In this document: positions 1 through 14,467 of the stretch, piece after piece
How the letters are laid out: every line of letters starts with the position of its first letter
Numbering within the stretch: the first letter of the stretch is position 1
From: Octopus vulgaris
Taxonomy: Eukaryota
DNA length: 64,000 nt
NCBI GenBank assembly: GCA_951406725.2
Contig: OX597823.1
Span: forward strand, 31,620,001 to 31,684,000
Direction of reading: 5' to 3'
Position numbers and translations under genes: made by a program
Notes under the pieces: generated by a model
The model's database searches: none
What the model saw: only the letters and a program-made list of their open reading frames with translations
What the model was told of the DNA's origin: nothing

Positions 1-1134
1 GATACCTTTCGTGTTAATTCAAATAACAGCGGAAAACATTAAAATATGAAATGGAAAAAGAAAATAAACGAATTTACCTGACAACTCAATATTTGTTTTC
101 AAGCCAGCAAAGATTCACTCAAATATTACTAGGTCTTTTCATGGTATTTCGATCACTAAGTAAAAATGGGGTTTATAAATGCGAGTATGTAGACTTAAGC
201 AAAATCACGATAACCACTTTGAAATGACTTAAATAGTTATTTGGAACAGAAAAGGAAAAAAAAATCATTTTACAGTCAGAGTGGCCAACTGCCCCGCAGA
301 TATGAACATCTCTGCCAAAAATCAGTGTGTAGAAGAATATTTTTGGACAGCTACTTGGAAACCTCATACTTCCCTATTCAGATTTTAAATTTACATTTAT
401 ATCAATAATTAATGGTACACTTACCTATTTGTAAATGCTTCAGTGACAGTCTGGGAATGCTATGATTTTCAAGCGAAGAAAGAGAACAGCTAGCACGCGC
501 TTTTTGTGTTATTATTTATTGATATTTCCTTCAGAATGAGTACGTATATATCCCAGTTGTTAGTCCAGGATGAACGACTCTGGTTATTAATGTTGTTATT
601 ATTTTGATACTTTCTGACAATGTTATCATACAGAGAATTTTTGTTCCTCTTCTGGTGACCTGTTTCAGTGGAACTGTGCAACATTTCTGGGTGTATATTC
701 TTGGCCATCAATCGAGGAATGCATTCTGAGAAGCTCCTTTCCAACTTTTGATGTATGCAGATTTGATCCGTGGTTGGATTTCGACATTTGATGGTCTGTA
801 GATCTTGTCAAGGGGATACAATGTGCCATTCAAAGGTTACTGGGTAGATGTTAAGCCTCAATCGTTTTGTTTTCGTTTTAATTAGGAGTAGTCTACACCA
901 TTGCTGATGTTGAAATTCGTGATATGTGTTAACAATTTTGGGGTTGTAACGTCAATATTGAAGATCCCTTCTAGAATCCAAATGTTGAAGAACCCAAACG
1001 ATGGTATGAACATGGTACAGTAAAATAATTGTGGACTTTTGATTTATTGAATGTGAACAATTCCGAGGTCCATCTTTTCTTTATCCTGGTTTTATATTCT
1101 CTGGTTAAACGTTCCTTGATACAGATTCCATCAA

Positions 1135-1396
1135 CATTATTTACATTGTTTACAATTGACGGATATTTGTCCTCATCTTGTTTGTTGTTAACACAACGTT
1201 TCGGTTGATATACCCTCCAGCCTTCATCAGGTGTCTTGGGGAAATTTCGAACCTAATTTCCCCAAGACACCTGATGAAGGCTGGAGGGTATATCAGCCGA
1301 AATGTGTTGACAATAAACAAGATGAGGACAAATATCTGCAAATGTAAATAATGTAAATAATGTAAATAATTCCTTATCTCTTAAATATAGAACTGT
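1135..1396 (+). mobile_element. Penelope-like (pLTR-derived) inverted-arm element, family A, with 12-bp TSD
   Basis: About 110-bp inverted arms around a short spacer, plus an unpaired 3' tail ending cttaaatatagaactgt. Direct repeat agattccatcaa at 1123-1134 and 1397-1408. Same family at 22560 and 35691. Confidence 0.8.
1190..1235 (-). ncRNA. Minimal type-I hammerhead ribozyme motif (family A)
   Basis: Minus strand reads GACAC CUGAUGA A GGCUG-gagggtatat-CAACC GAAA CG UU GUGUU: stem I GACAC/GUGUU, intact core, stem II with one mismatch, palindromic AACGUU stem III. The plus-strand partner (1266-1308) has lost 3 nt of stem III. Confidence 0.7.
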
Positions 1397-2328
1397 AGAT
1401 TCCATCAAAGTAAATATTTTCATCCATCATTAAGAACCTGTAGAAGTCCTCATCCAACATCATAGAAAAGCACAGACCATTCTTAGCTGTAGGGAAGCTA
1501 ATTGTTCTACAATCATTTAAGAACATCTATCCTGGCCAAATTCCATCTCCGTATCTTTTGGAATGTTATAACTAGATTAAAGCTTTTCTTTATACTGTTC
1601 ATACTCTTAGCAAATCACTCACAAACAAGCAATGCGTTAAATTAGTGCTCTTGTCTATTTGTGAAACAATTGCCCATAACATTTCCTTAATAAAAAAGAA
1701 AGACGGTTCAAAAAAAATACAAATAACGTTTTCTATACATCGTTGACGACAAATTTTGCCTGAGCATGTTGTTGGCTGTGTGTATTCCCTATTGACTACG
1801 CACAACGAGGCAGAAATGCATTTGGTATTCTCACTAGCAAATGCTTAGAAGATTTTCGTCTCTCCTGGTTTATATATGGTGTTTTTAAACACAGCACGTT
1901 CATAAAAGATATTGTCTCCGAAGGAACACCGCGGTAAATTTACCTTGCGTGGTGTTGTGGCTGTTTTAATCTAAAACTGCTAATGCTGCAGTATCATAGA
2001 AATACGTTCTCCTTTGAAATACATCTCAGCGGTTATAATAACCACTTTCCGCATCTAACTTCAGAATAGTGGACCAAGACGAAACCAGGCTGTTTATAGC
2101 ATTGATAATGGTATCTGGATAATGGTTAGCAAGTCCAAACGTCCCAAGCATCCGCGAATGTTGAACAGAATAATTCTTACCCGTAATCCATCCTCACTGT
2201 CAACAAGTTCCGCCTATACCACCCCGATGCTTTTCATATCACGGGTTACTTAACAGTTGTTCGTCTTATCAACAAATTCCATTATTATTTCCATATACAT
2301 ATGTATAAATTCATTTATGTCTGCCTTA

Positions 2329-2660
<332 letters not shown>

Positions 2661-2937
2661 TCTGCGTGAATGTAAAAGTGCTCAAAGCACACTTCAGTTA
2701 CAAGAGATTAACGTCTAAAATATGTTTGACAATCACCACCCCCCACACACACACACAGAGGATGCGAGGGTTTTTTTTTGTTAACGCTTTTTGTTTTTTT
2801 GTTTTTTGCTTGAAAATCGTTCCTTTCATTTAAACTGTTCCAGTTTCTACACCCGGGTAACCAGGAATTATTACCTCCACCATTCCCGAATACACCCGCC
2901 AGCACCAGCACCAACAGCAACAACAGCAACAACAACA

Positions 2938-2968
<31 letters not shown>

Positions 2969-3262
2969 TGACAATAACAACAGCAACAACAAACTAACAT
3001 TTCACACGACAAAGACACCGACTAAGACCAAAATCTTCAGAGATTCCTGCTTTTTACTCTCAGAGAATACAACCGCTCTCCTCCCCTCCACCCCGACGCA
3101 AATAAAAAACACAATGAAGTCCCCCGCCCCACACCTATTCACCATCTCCCAACAGATCCCATCTCACAACAGACAGGAAAGAACATAGAAAAAAACGAAG
3201 AAAACAAGTATAATATTAACGTTAAGAAATATATATATATACATAAATATATATATATATCT

Positions 3263-3353
<91 letters not shown>

Positions 3354-3545
3354 CATATATATATATACATATATATACATATATATACATATATATATTA
3401 TATACATATATATGTATTTATATATATATATGTGTGTGTGTGTGTGTATGTATACACACGCACATACATATACATACACATACATATATATACACATACA
3501 TATATATACACATACATGTATATACACATACATACATATATATAT

Positions 3546-3586
<41 letters not shown>

Positions 3587-4057
3587 CGCACATCCGTATA
3601 TATATATATATATATATATGAACACATACACATATATATATATACACACATTTGTATACACACATACATTTATATATATATATATATATTTTGAATAAAA
3701 GGTGGTGGTGGTGGTGGTTGTGGAATGAGATAATATTTTTACCAAATATCTTTCTCCACCCGGCGCCGCCATTATTGAAAAGACTCTCAGAAATCCTTAT
3801 GGAGGAGAAAGAATTAAAAAAAAAAAAGACGGATGAAAAAAAAAAAAACATACGAAAAGTGTAAAGATAAAAGAAAGTTGCCATAAAACTATACAGACCT
3901 TGTAAAGTCTTCATTTTACTATAGATGGTGGCGGTGGCGGTAGTGGTGAAGATGGAGGCGTGGATGGAGATAGGTGGTGGTGGTGGAGAATTGAATTGGG
4001 ACGAAGGTTTGTATTTCGTTATTTATGCGGCAGGGTATGCATGCATACATACATACA

Positions 4058-4089
<32 letters not shown>

Positions 4090-4094
4090 CATAT

Positions 4095-4125
<31 letters not shown>

Positions 4126-4413
4126 TATATATTTATGTATGTATGTATGTATACATACATATATATATATATACATACATACATATGTATGTATGTATGT
4201 TTTTGTGCACATGTGTATGTATATATATATATATATTTACATACATTCATATATATATAGTCATAGATACACGCATACATTACACACACACACACACACA
4301 CGCACCTATATGCGTACATACATATAGATGTATGCATTTATGCATGTGTGTGTATGTTTGTGTGTGTGTGTGAAACTAGAAAGGGATAGATGTTAGATAT
4401 GCAAAAATAATTT

Positions 4414-4471
<58 letters not shown>

Positions 4472-4544
4472 GCAGACAGACAGGCAAGCAGGCAGACAGG
4501 TAGATCGATTGATAGGTGCCTATGTCAATATTTATGTATTTGTA

Positions 4545-4762
4545 AGGCGGCGAGCTGACAGAAACGTTAGCACGCCGGGCGAAATACTTAGCGGTATTTC
4601 GTCTGTCTCTACGTTCTAAGTTCAAATTCCGCCGAGATCCACTTTACCTTTCATCCTTTCGGGGTCGATAAATTAAGTACCAGTTGCGTACTGGGGTCGA
4701 TCAAATCGTCTGGCCCCCTTCCTCAAAATTCTTGGGCCTGTGCCAAGAGCAGAAAAGTATAT
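4545..4762 (+). mobile_element. tRNA-derived SINE with Meta-like central domain (group 2)
   Basis: Head aggcggcgagctgacagaaacgttagc, B-box-like gttcaaattcc, central cctttcatcctttcggggtcgataaattaagtaccag resembling the MetaSINE domain; many copies in the window. Confidence 0.85.
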
Positions 4763-5406
4763 TTATCCTGTATTCTGTATGCACACACACAGACAGAGAT
4801 ACAGTAATGGCTTTGTAATTAAGAAATTCGCTTCCCAGTCGCGAAACTTTAGGTTCTATCCCACTGCGTGGCCCCTTTGGCATGTCCTCTACGACAGTTC
4901 TGCGCCTTGTGAGTTAATTTGGTAACCAAAAACGTCAGATATGTGTTTATGTATACATGCACGATCTGTGTGCGTCTTTACATTTACTATCGTGGGGTTG
5001 ATGTTAGATTCTCCTACGAACAAATTTCCTGTAGAAGATAATATCAGGAAAGGAGCCCAGGGTTTAAGCAATACCTCAAGTAACATACTCTGCTAACCCA
5101 TGCAAGCATGAGAAAACGGACGTAAGGTAAACGATATATCGTAAAACAGAATGAAATGTGCATGTGTATGCCAGTGTGTGTGTGTTTGTCCGTGGGTGTG
5201 TTTGTGTGTGTATGTATGTGTGTGTTTGGGTGTATTTGTATGCATACACAATATTTAAAGTACTCAATGTAATTTTCCTTGTTTAAAACTAAACAATTTC
5301 CTTGAATGTGGATAAACAGGCATATTATATAAATAAGTACAAACAATCACTAGAATACACGAATATATGCGATACGCATAGCTATGTGTGTGTGTGCGTG
5401 TGTGTG

Positions 5407-5407
<1 letters not shown>

Positions 5408-5474
<67 letters not shown>

Positions 5475-5503
5475 CAAACAGACATACATACAGACAGACA
5501 GAC

Positions 5504-5543
<40 letters not shown>

Positions 5544-5579
5544 GGACGGACGTACTGAGAGACAGACAGACAGACACAC

Positions 5580-5640
<61 letters not shown>
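5408..5640. repeat. (GATA)n/(GACA)n microsatellite
   Basis: Direct inspection. Confidence 0.95.
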
Positions 5641-6078
5641 TCAGGTTACATAAGAGTTAATGGAGAGAGAGGGAGAGAGAGAGAGGGGGGGAGAGAATGT
5701 GGGAGAGAGACAGGGAGCAGGAAAGCGAGTAACATTTCTGTTTCCAGAGCTTGAAGTTGTTTCTGCTAAAATAACAATAGTGTGAACAAGGTGTGGTGTG
5801 TGTATATCTTTGAGGAAGTGGGGTATTATTCGTAGGGGGTGATTGTGCCATTAATTGTCTTAACAGCATTATAAACCCTACCATCTTGAAAGCTTTGCTA
5901 ACCTCTAGTTCCTTCTATCTGGGGTGTATGTACTTATACACCCTGGCTAGCTTCTTACCAGCATCTTGGCTTCGCTTCAATCTTTGCCGATACTGTTTTT
6001 GATGTTGTTGCTGTTGTGTTTTGTACTGCTGTCTTAGATGACCCCTCCCCCTACAGACACACACACACACACACACAC

Positions 6079-6129
<51 letters not shown>

Positions 6130-6152
6130 GTGTGTGTGTGTGTGTGTGTGTG

Positions 6153-6187
<35 letters not shown>

Positions 6188-6844
6188 ATATACATATATA
6201 TACATATATATATATATACATACATATGTGTGTGTGTGTGTGCGTGTGTATGTACGTATTAAGTATGTATGTGTATGTATGCATATTTGTATATATATGA
6301 TGTATGTATGTGTGTATGTACGCATATGTGTGTATGTATGTGTGTCTATATGAATGCATGTATGCATGTATGTATGCATGTATGTATGTGTGTATGTATT
6401 ATCATGCATATATGTGTATGTACGTATGTGTCTATGTATGCATGTATGTATGTGTGTATGCACGCGCACACAGAGAAGCTCATATATGTCCACTTACAGA
6501 TGCTTATATTGATAGATTCATATGTGTGCATGCGTGCGCGCGTGCGATGTGTGTGTGTGTGATTCTATCCTTGAACTAACCGAACAACTTTGTGCTATAG
6601 CCCCATCACCCTCTCCGCCGTATAAGTAATGATGACTGAATGAGTGGGGAGGGTTCTAACATGATAAATCTTTTGATTCAATTGGACCTTAATTGGGAAT
6701 TTAGGTCTCAATCACTCCTCATTTGTAATCTATGTCAACCCAAATATTTGCCTCTCAGCCAAGGCGTGGTACACAGATGTACTTCCTGCCGTGTGTAGGA
6801 ACGGCAGTGCACAAATAAGCGACGACAAAATGCACGTATGGACA

Positions 6845-7575
6845 TAGACATGACCACGTCGTTAAAAAGTTTTGTTTTAAGACCATGTGGTCTGGAGTTC
6901 AGTCCTACTGCGTGGCACCTTGGACAAGTGTCTTTTACATAACCCCAGGCTGGCCAATGTCTTGTGAGTGAATTTGGTAGACAGAAACTATGTGGAAACC
7001 CTCGATATGTATGAGGGGACGTGTATTGCGTGCCTGTCTGTGTCTGCCCCTTGCCACTGCTTGACAGCCGAGGTTATTTGTGACTTAGTGAATCGGAAAA
7101 AATATGGGTAGTTTTTGGTTATCTCACCCCCATTAAAAAAGTCGCCATTAAAAAATTGGGTTATCTTCCCACTTAAAAGTTGAGTTTACGTGGCGACAAG
7201 AAATTGGATAAAAAGTGTTAGATCCTTTTGATTCAACACATTGTTGACTTTTGGCATCCTCAATAAGAATGCTATGATTTGTTATAAAAATGTTATTAGA
7301 TTCAATAAGACGCTTAATTTTTTCATTTTTTATATTATTTTTGTTTTGATTGGGGTTTAAACAAATGCCAATATTTCTCGTAAACGGGGTGAGATAACCC
7401 ATTTTTTTAATGGGCGTGAGATAACAAAAAAGTACCAAAATATGTATAGAATAAGTACAAGACTTTAAAAAATAATAATAAATGTCCTGGAGTCAATTTA
7501 ATCGACTAAACCCTTCAAGGCATTGCTCCAGCATGGCCCCAATCCAACGACTGAAAACACGTTAAAGACTAGAAG
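6845..7575 (+). mobile_element. Diverged CORE-type SINE (group 1), split by a MITE
   Basis: gttcagtcctactgcgtggcaccttggacaagtgtc ... gctccagcatggcc...gactgaaa matches the group 1 copies. Confidence 0.75.
7107..7436 (+). mobile_element. Merlin-like MITE with 8-bp TSD
   Basis: TIRs ggta(g/c)tttttggttatctcacccccattaaaaaa / ttttttaatgggcgtgagataacaaaaaagtacc; TSD aaaatatg at 7099-7106 and 7437-7444. GG termini plus an 8-bp TSD fit the Merlin superfamily. Confidence 0.75.
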
Positions 7576-8261
7576 ACGTATCAAATGTAGAACACACGAG
7601 AGTAGATTGTATTGGTGTGGAGATATGCTACATATAGAGGATATCTACATCAGCAGAGAAATTGCAGATCGGATGCAGAAGTGAACATGTTCTTTACCAA
7701 ACTTGGAAGAGAACAGGACAAGAAGTTAGAGCTTACAAACACAGCAGCTGATATTGGAATTGAAATATAGAAACATGTGGATCTTAATTTCATTCAAATG
7801 TAAAAGTATACCACTTCTCTAGATTCTAACTCTCCCTATAAAAGAAATTGTATATGGAAATTCCTTTATTTACTCCCTATAAAATAAAATATGGAGAAGG
7901 TTTGGAGGGGAAAGGATGGAGATAACATATCTTTCGAAATTTTAAAATTTTCAGCAACCTTCCTCCCATATTTTCCAGTCATAGCTATGCTGAGATTTCA
8001 GCATACAGAAATATGAGCTCATCGAGTGGCAGTGAAGAGTGACTAAATGCTTATTGCAGTGAAATGAGTAGTAGGAAGCAGTCAGTTTAGAAATAATGAT
8101 AAATAAATGATGTGGTGGTCTTTAGACAACACTCCAACCTCCACTGCTGAAAAATGAGAATTTATTCTCACTTGAGACAAAGTGCCCGGAATTTATGTTC
8201 GTGCAGCTCTGAAAATTCGACACCCTTGGGCTCTTGAGACCCAGAAACTCTCCTCGCCAAT

Positions 8262-8567
8262 GGTACACGGACGGGATGCTGAATGCACTTTTGCCGAAGG
8301 ACAAGAAGCCGAACGGATACAATGCCGAACGGACATAAAGCCGAACGAACAAGAGGCCGAAAAGACATACAAAAATTAAAATTTAATCTCGTTAAATCTT
8401 GAGTGCCAAATTGGTGAATTGGTCATTAAACTATGTAGGTAGGGATGGTCTTTTTTTTGTGTGTGTCCGTTCAGTTTTATGTCAGTTCGGCATTGTGTCC
8501 GTTCGGTTTCTTGGCTTCGGCTACTTGTCCTTCAGTAAAAGTGCATTCGGCAGCCTGTCCGCGCACG
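8262..8567. mobile_element. Foldback/MULE-like MITE with long modular TIRs
   Basis: About 110-bp imperfect inverted arms built from roughly 16-bp gccgaacggacataaa sub-repeats; degenerate flanking repeat tcgccaat/tcaccaac. Confidence 0.65.
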
Positions 8568-9181
8568 TCACCAACACTCATAGCTTCTACAAAATTTGAC
8601 CAACAAACCTCTCTTCGTTGCGGTGCTCAATACTTATCTTCCCCAAACTCAGTAGAAACCATTGGGTGTGATCTCAATCAGATATGCACGTGGAAAGGGT
8701 TCTGGGGACAAGAAAATAGCCTTTCAAATTTAACCACATTATTAACACGTTGCCCAAGTGGACCTTAGTTTTCCCTTCAAACTTTTCTTCCCAACTTATT
8801 CTACCCAGACTTCCCTTCAAAAGGCATGTTATTTAAATTCAAATTCTAACCTCAGCTGGAATAATTTTAATATTCTACTTCATTTTGTCCTGTACTTTTC
8901 CATGTTCAGTTAAGAATATCATCACTCCAGCGCCTGAATTTTTTTGCTAGTCGACGCTTTTTTACAGGCAACACTAGATGTAAATAATATTGAGACAAAA
9001 ACTAAAAAATTAAAAACTAAAGAAAATTAATTCTTCCCCCAGATAGTTTAAACTATAGTCAAAGAATAAATTCTATAAATTACAAAAATTAAATTATACA
9101 AAATGTCAACGGGGAATGCCAATGGGGAACTTGAGACAAAAGAGGAAAATGCTAATAAAGCAGTAGCAGATGAATTATCTG

Positions 9182-9556
9182 TGGAGGCGCAATGACCCAG
9201 TGGTTAAGGCAGCGGACTCACGGTCGTAGGATCGCGGTTTCGATTCCCAGACCGGATTTGTGAGTGATTATTGAGCAAAAATACCTAAAGCTCCCCGAGG
9301 CTCCGGCAGGGAATGGTGGCGGACTCTGTTATATTCTTTCACGACAACTTTCTCTCACTCTTTCTTCTTGTTTCTGATGTACCTAGGGTCAGCCTTGTCA
9401 AACTCTGAGTCACGCTGAATCTCCCCGAGAATTACGCTATGGGTACATGTGTCTGTGGAGTACTCAGCCACTTGCACGTTAGTTTCACGAGCTGGCTCTT
9501 CCGTTGATCGGATCAACTGGAACCCTCGTCGCCGTAACCGACGGGGTGCCACGACA
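9182..9556 (+). mobile_element. tRNA-derived SINE (group 3, body A + tail Y) with 14-bp TSD
   Basis: A-box-like tgacccagtggttaagg, B-box-like gtttcgattccc; TSD agatgaattatctg at 9168-9181 and 9557-9570. Confidence 0.9.
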
Positions 9557-11239
9557 AGATGAATTATCTGATGCAAACCAGGAAGCAGGTGTGCTGGACG
9601 TCACCTTTTAAACGAAGTATCAGAAGGCCCACTTAAGCATTCCTGCAGTGTCAGACTGAAGACACGCTAGATACCCCCATGACAAATTAAACATTGAACA
9701 GCGATATTGTCGGGTAGAAGCTTGCAATGGTGCTTGTTGCATCCTTTATCCAATCCTTTGCTACTCTTGTCACATTCAGACATGATGGGGAAAACGACGA
9801 GAAAAAGAAAAGTAAAAAGCCCTGTAGGAAAAAATATTTTAAATAACACATTACCAAAACTAAAAGTAATTTTTCAAAAATTCTTAATACTTTTTAAGAA
9901 CATTGTGAAGATATTTTGGTACCACTGATATTTAAATGAAAACAATCTTTTTCAATATCATTTAAATACAAATATAAGGAATATTTTCCGTTTATAAATT
10001 CTTGATGTGAAACCGTGTATTGAAACAAATATTGTTGCATTTCGGGATGGTCATTTTGCTTCATTTTTTTTTTTTTTTCCCAAATATTTTTCATTTGGCA
10101 AATTTGGCAACGATAAACTTTTAATGCTCACTTCCATTAATGTATCAAATTTTAATATATTTGATTGAGTTTACCAAATATAATTCAGTGCTAAATTTTG
10201 TGTTAAGTAGTTGTATTTATTATTTTAATTATTAAATATTTGGATTAATTAATTTTTACTATATGGTATGAAAATAATCATAGAAACCAATTCTTGGCCT
10301 AACATTTAAAAAATCCTATTTTGCAATCGACAAGTGATATGTACTCTTTGATGAGTTGAAATTGGCATTAAAATTAAGATTTATCTTATTCTCAAAGAAT
10401 CTTGTCATCTTTTATTAAATTTGAATGAAAAATTATATCTTTTGCACCTAAACATGCACCTAAAACAATTAGTTTTACATCTAAAAATTGCACTTAAGCG
10501 GATGTGTTGCACCTCAAATTAGCTCTCTACACATCATTTATTAAATATACATACTTTCAAAATATTGGAAAATCAGAAAAATTGTTAGCTTATGCAATGC
10601 TATTCTACGTCAAACCTCACACCGACTACTCACTGGAACTGGACCAAAATTAGTCAAAATTTAGAACCTGTGCTGTGCTACTCTTCTTCTTCACACTTTT
10701 TACTTTAGTTTATTAACAAAACTTTTAATTTCAAAAATCTTTTGCTATGTCTTTCATATTTAACCACTTCTTAAGTTTTATTTTTCTTTTAATCCTTCTG
10801 AAACAATTTTGACGTATTTTTCAGAACTGGATTCCTCTCATCTAAATTTTTAAAAAAAACCGTATGGCTATACTATTTGTTTTGTATTTAAAAAAAAAAT
10901 TCTAATATAACAGAATGGTGACTGAAAACGAATTTAGATATCATTTACATTCAAATTTGGCCATATTTTGTTTTACAATGGGTTTTTTTTACCTATATCA
11001 CCATTATTGATCGACAGAATGAAAATTCTGTTGTTGATATTTTACTTAAGTGTGAGTTCCGTTGAAACTTGTGGTGTGCGACCATTTGAGACACTTCCTG
11101 TTGAATTGATGTTTTCCCCGCTTTTTTGTCTTTCATTTTTTTTGTTTTACTTTCTTTCTTTTTCTTTCCTTGTTCCTCATGTTCCATTTTTATTTTTGGA
11201 TATTGGCCAAACGGATATGTATAGAACAACATTATATAT

Positions 11240-11390
11240 AACCACATGGTTCCGAGTTCAGTCCCACTGCGTGGCACCTTGGGCAAGTGTCTTCCACTAT
11301 AACCTCGGGCCGACCAAAGACCTTGTGAATGGATTTGGTAGACGGAAACTGAAAGAAGCTTGTCGTATATATTTATATGTAGATGTATAC

Positions 11391-11425
<35 letters not shown>

Positions 11426-11449
11426 TGTATGTATGTATGTATGTATATA

Positions 11450-11503
<54 letters not shown>

Positions 11504-11680
11504 TCGGAAATGGATGCGTGGCTTCGATCATATAATAATATAAATAATATATAAGTATATGCATATATACTTACATATTCGTACATACCTACATATATAT
11601 GTATATATACATGCATATATGGGTGAAGTTCCCCCAAAAAGTTCGTTTTCTATGTTTTTTATGTCTTGTACCATATATGC

Positions 11681-11735
<55 letters not shown>

Positions 11736-12032
11736 TATGTATCTATATGTATGTATATTTATATATTATTTATATTATATATATATTTATATATACATAT
11801 ATATGTGTGTGTGTGTGTGTGTGTGTTTGTGTGTGTGTTTGTCCCCCATCATGCTTGACAACCGAAGTTGTTGTGATTACGTGCCCGTAGCTTAGCGGTT
11901 CGGCAAAAGAGACTCATAGGATAAGTACTAGGCTTACAGAGAATAAGTCCTGGGGTCGATTTGATCGACTAAAGGCGGTGCTCCAGTATGACTGTAGCCA
12001 AATGACTGAAACAAATAAAAGAATAAAAGAAT
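11240..12032 (+). mobile_element. 5'-truncated CORE-type SINE (group 1) whose internal microsatellite holds a foldback insertion
   Basis: gtggcaccttgggcaagtgtc CORE-like motif, internal (TATG)n/(TA)n, 3' tail aaaagaataaaagaat. Confidence 0.85.
11500..11790. mobile_element. Inverted-arm element, family K (related copies at 14673-14905 and 62485-62770)
   Basis: Arm tacatacctacatatatatgtatatatacatgcatatatgggt is inverted relative to taccatatatgcatatata...aggtatgta; end ggaaatggatgcgtg is shared with 62750-62767. Confidence 0.55.
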
Positions 12033-12341
12033 ATGTTAGATACGATTGATCTTGGATAAAGTTGTACCTCCTCTGAATATTACATACTTGAATAAACATT
12101 CAATCGCCATTTAGACAAAATATAATTCAGAAATAAAGAAACTATTCTGTTAAACGTTGTATCAACTCATGACTCAGCCATTTTTAATATATATATTTAC
12201 TTAAAAAGTAAATAGGTAACAACAATGTCAAGGTTACTAATTTGCTTTTTATTCACCTTCGAGCTGTGCAGACAATACCAGACTGACTTGGCGCCTCAAC
12301 TTAAGTACCTTCCTTTAATATGTGTGTGTGTGTGTGTGTGT

Positions 12342-12592
12342 TGAGGCGCATTGGCCCAGTTGTGTGTGTTTATTGAACGAAAATACCAAAAGCTCCACGG
12401 ATCTCCGGCAGGGGGTGGTGACGACCCTTGTTGTACTCTTTCGCCCCAACTTTCTCTCACTCTTTCTTCCTGTTTCTTGGGTAACGCTGCGATGGACTGG
12501 CGTCCCGTCCAGCTAGGGGGTACACATACGCCATAGAACCTAGGAAACCGGGCCCATGAACCTGGCTAGGCTTGAAAAGGGCGCATAAATAA
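12342..12592 (+). mobile_element. tRNA-derived SINE (group 3, body A + tail X), internally deleted
   Basis: Body shared with the 9182 copy (aaagctccacg...ctttctctcactctttcttcc), different tail gggtaacgctgcgatggactggcgtcccgtccag...gcttgaaaagggcgcataaataaa. Confidence 0.85.
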
Positions 12593-12596
12593 AAAA

Positions 12597-12693
<97 letters not shown>

Positions 12694-12974
12694 TCCTTGT
12701 TTTCGTATACATTCGCTGCTTTCTTCCAAGAAATCTAGTGCGCTCAGCTTAGTTTTCCTTGGGGCTGGCCAGATTGGTGCAATCTTGAGTATAACCAGCC
12801 AAAATTGCAAAGATAATCTGAAACACGACTGAGGAAAGAAAACTCCGAATGACCCGCCCTTGTTTTCTTCGTATCATCTATCTCGATGTTTTGTTGCCCC
12901 TTTTTTTGTATCACCTAAATGTGTGGATGTTTTGCGTTCTTGTCCCTTTTTGTAGTTTTTATAGATATATGCAT

Positions 12975-13036
<62 letters not shown>

Positions 13037-13169
13037 ACACATATATATATACATATACATACAGACATATATACATATAGACATATATATATATACATAC
13101 ACACACACATACATACATACATACATACATACATACATACATACATACATACATACATACATACATACA

Positions 13170-13199
<30 letters not shown>

Positions 13200-13200
<1 letters not shown>

Positions 13201-13820
13201 TCCTAGAACTTTCAGAATGAAAGAGCAGGAAACTACTGCTCCTAACTATAATGACTATACAGTCTGAAATTAACAACAGAACTTGAAGCAATCCAGTGAG
13301 CCTACACAAATAAAATCATCTCAATGTGATAGATCAACACCTGAGAAAGGGCTGAAGATGTTAAAACTCCACTCCCTAGAACAAAGGTGGGAAAGATATG
13401 CATTGATACACATCTAGAAAACCTTTGAAGGACTTATTCCAAAGTCTGGCATTGAAATTACACAAAGTGCATAACAGGATGCTACTGCTTAGTGTTAAAC
13501 ACCCCAACATTGCAATCAAAATATGGGACCAGATACTGCAACGGCTTGGTTTAAAAGGGCCCAAAGTTCATCAATATTCTCACAAACGTTCTGAGTGACC
13601 TATATGGGGTGGATATAGGTGTCTTCAAAACAGAACTGGATCTTCTCCTGGCAAGAATTCCAGATGAACTACCATGCAGCAGGAAACACAAATGAGGACA
13701 GCAGCATCAAACTCCCTCATTCACCATGGGAAGCTCACAGGAGGTTTTCAAGTAATGAAAATGTAGCAAAATTTTGTCACTGCCTCAGCATGACCGTAGA
13801 TCTCAGGCTGAAGATTTAAA
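13200..13820 (+). mobile_element. Decayed CR1-like LINE 3' fragment
   Basis: Translates with breaks to LEAIQ..YT..LKMLKLHSLEQRWERYALIHI*KTFEGLIP..RYCNGL, the post-RT region of CR1-clade ORF2. Confidence 0.65.
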
Positions 13821-13846
13821 AAGGAAAATTATATACTTGTATATAT

Positions 13847-14057
13847 ACTCTTTTACTCTTTTACTCTTTTACTTGTTTCAGCCATTTGACTGCGGCCATG
13901 CTGGAGCACCGCCTTTAATCGAGCTAATCGACCCCGGGACTTATTCTTTGTAAGCCCAGTACTTATTCTATCGGTCTCTTTTTGCCGAACCGCTAAGTGA
14001 CGGCGACGTAAACACACCGGCATCGGTTGTCAAGCAATACTAGGGGGACAAACACAG

Positions 14058-14117
<60 letters not shown>

Positions 14118-14277
14118 GACAGGCTTCTTTCAGTTTCCGTCTACCAAATCCACTCGCAAGGCATTGGTCGGCCCGGGGCTATAGCAGAAGACAGTTGCCC
14201 AAGATGCCACGCAGTTGGACTGAACCCGGAACCATGTGGTTGGTTAGCAAGCTACTTACCACACAGCCACTCCTGCG

Positions 14278-14278
<1 letters not shown>
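13847..14278 (-). mobile_element. Full-length CORE-type SINE (group 1), young
   Basis: Complete head gcgcaggagtggctgtgtggtaagtagc, internal (TA)n(TG)n, (AAAAGAGT)n tail. Confidence 0.92.
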
Positions 14279-14335
<57 letters not shown>

Positions 14336-14424
14336 TACAAATTCATCTATTTATCTATGTATATATATACATATATATTTGTATGGATTAACATATATAT
14401 ATGTATATTATAATAATATGAATT

Positions 14425-14464
<40 letters not shown>

Positions 14465-14467
<3 letters not shown>

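Larger units (their letters stand above)
1..2270 (-). mobile_element. Decayed R4/Dong-like non-LTR retrotransposon, RT region, interrupted by a foldback insertion at 1135-1396
   Basis: Minus-strand fragments translate to LTHCLFVSD (degenerate HLLY/FxDD), KDTEMEFGQDRC, DENIYFDG, IKERLTREYKTRIKKRWTSELFTFNK and NIDVTTPKLLT, resembling RT domains 5-7 and the thumb of R4/Dong-clade elements. Many stops and frameshifts; ends approximate. Confidence 0.7.

Noticed and set aside
8290-8540. CRISPR-like regularly spaced gccgaac repeats
   Set aside because: Short sub-repeats within inverted arms, no unique spacers, no cas genes, eukaryotic context.
9570-9780. Cys-rich piggyBac transposase C-terminus (EQRYCRVEACNG)
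   Set aside because: Too short and degenerate to support by eye.
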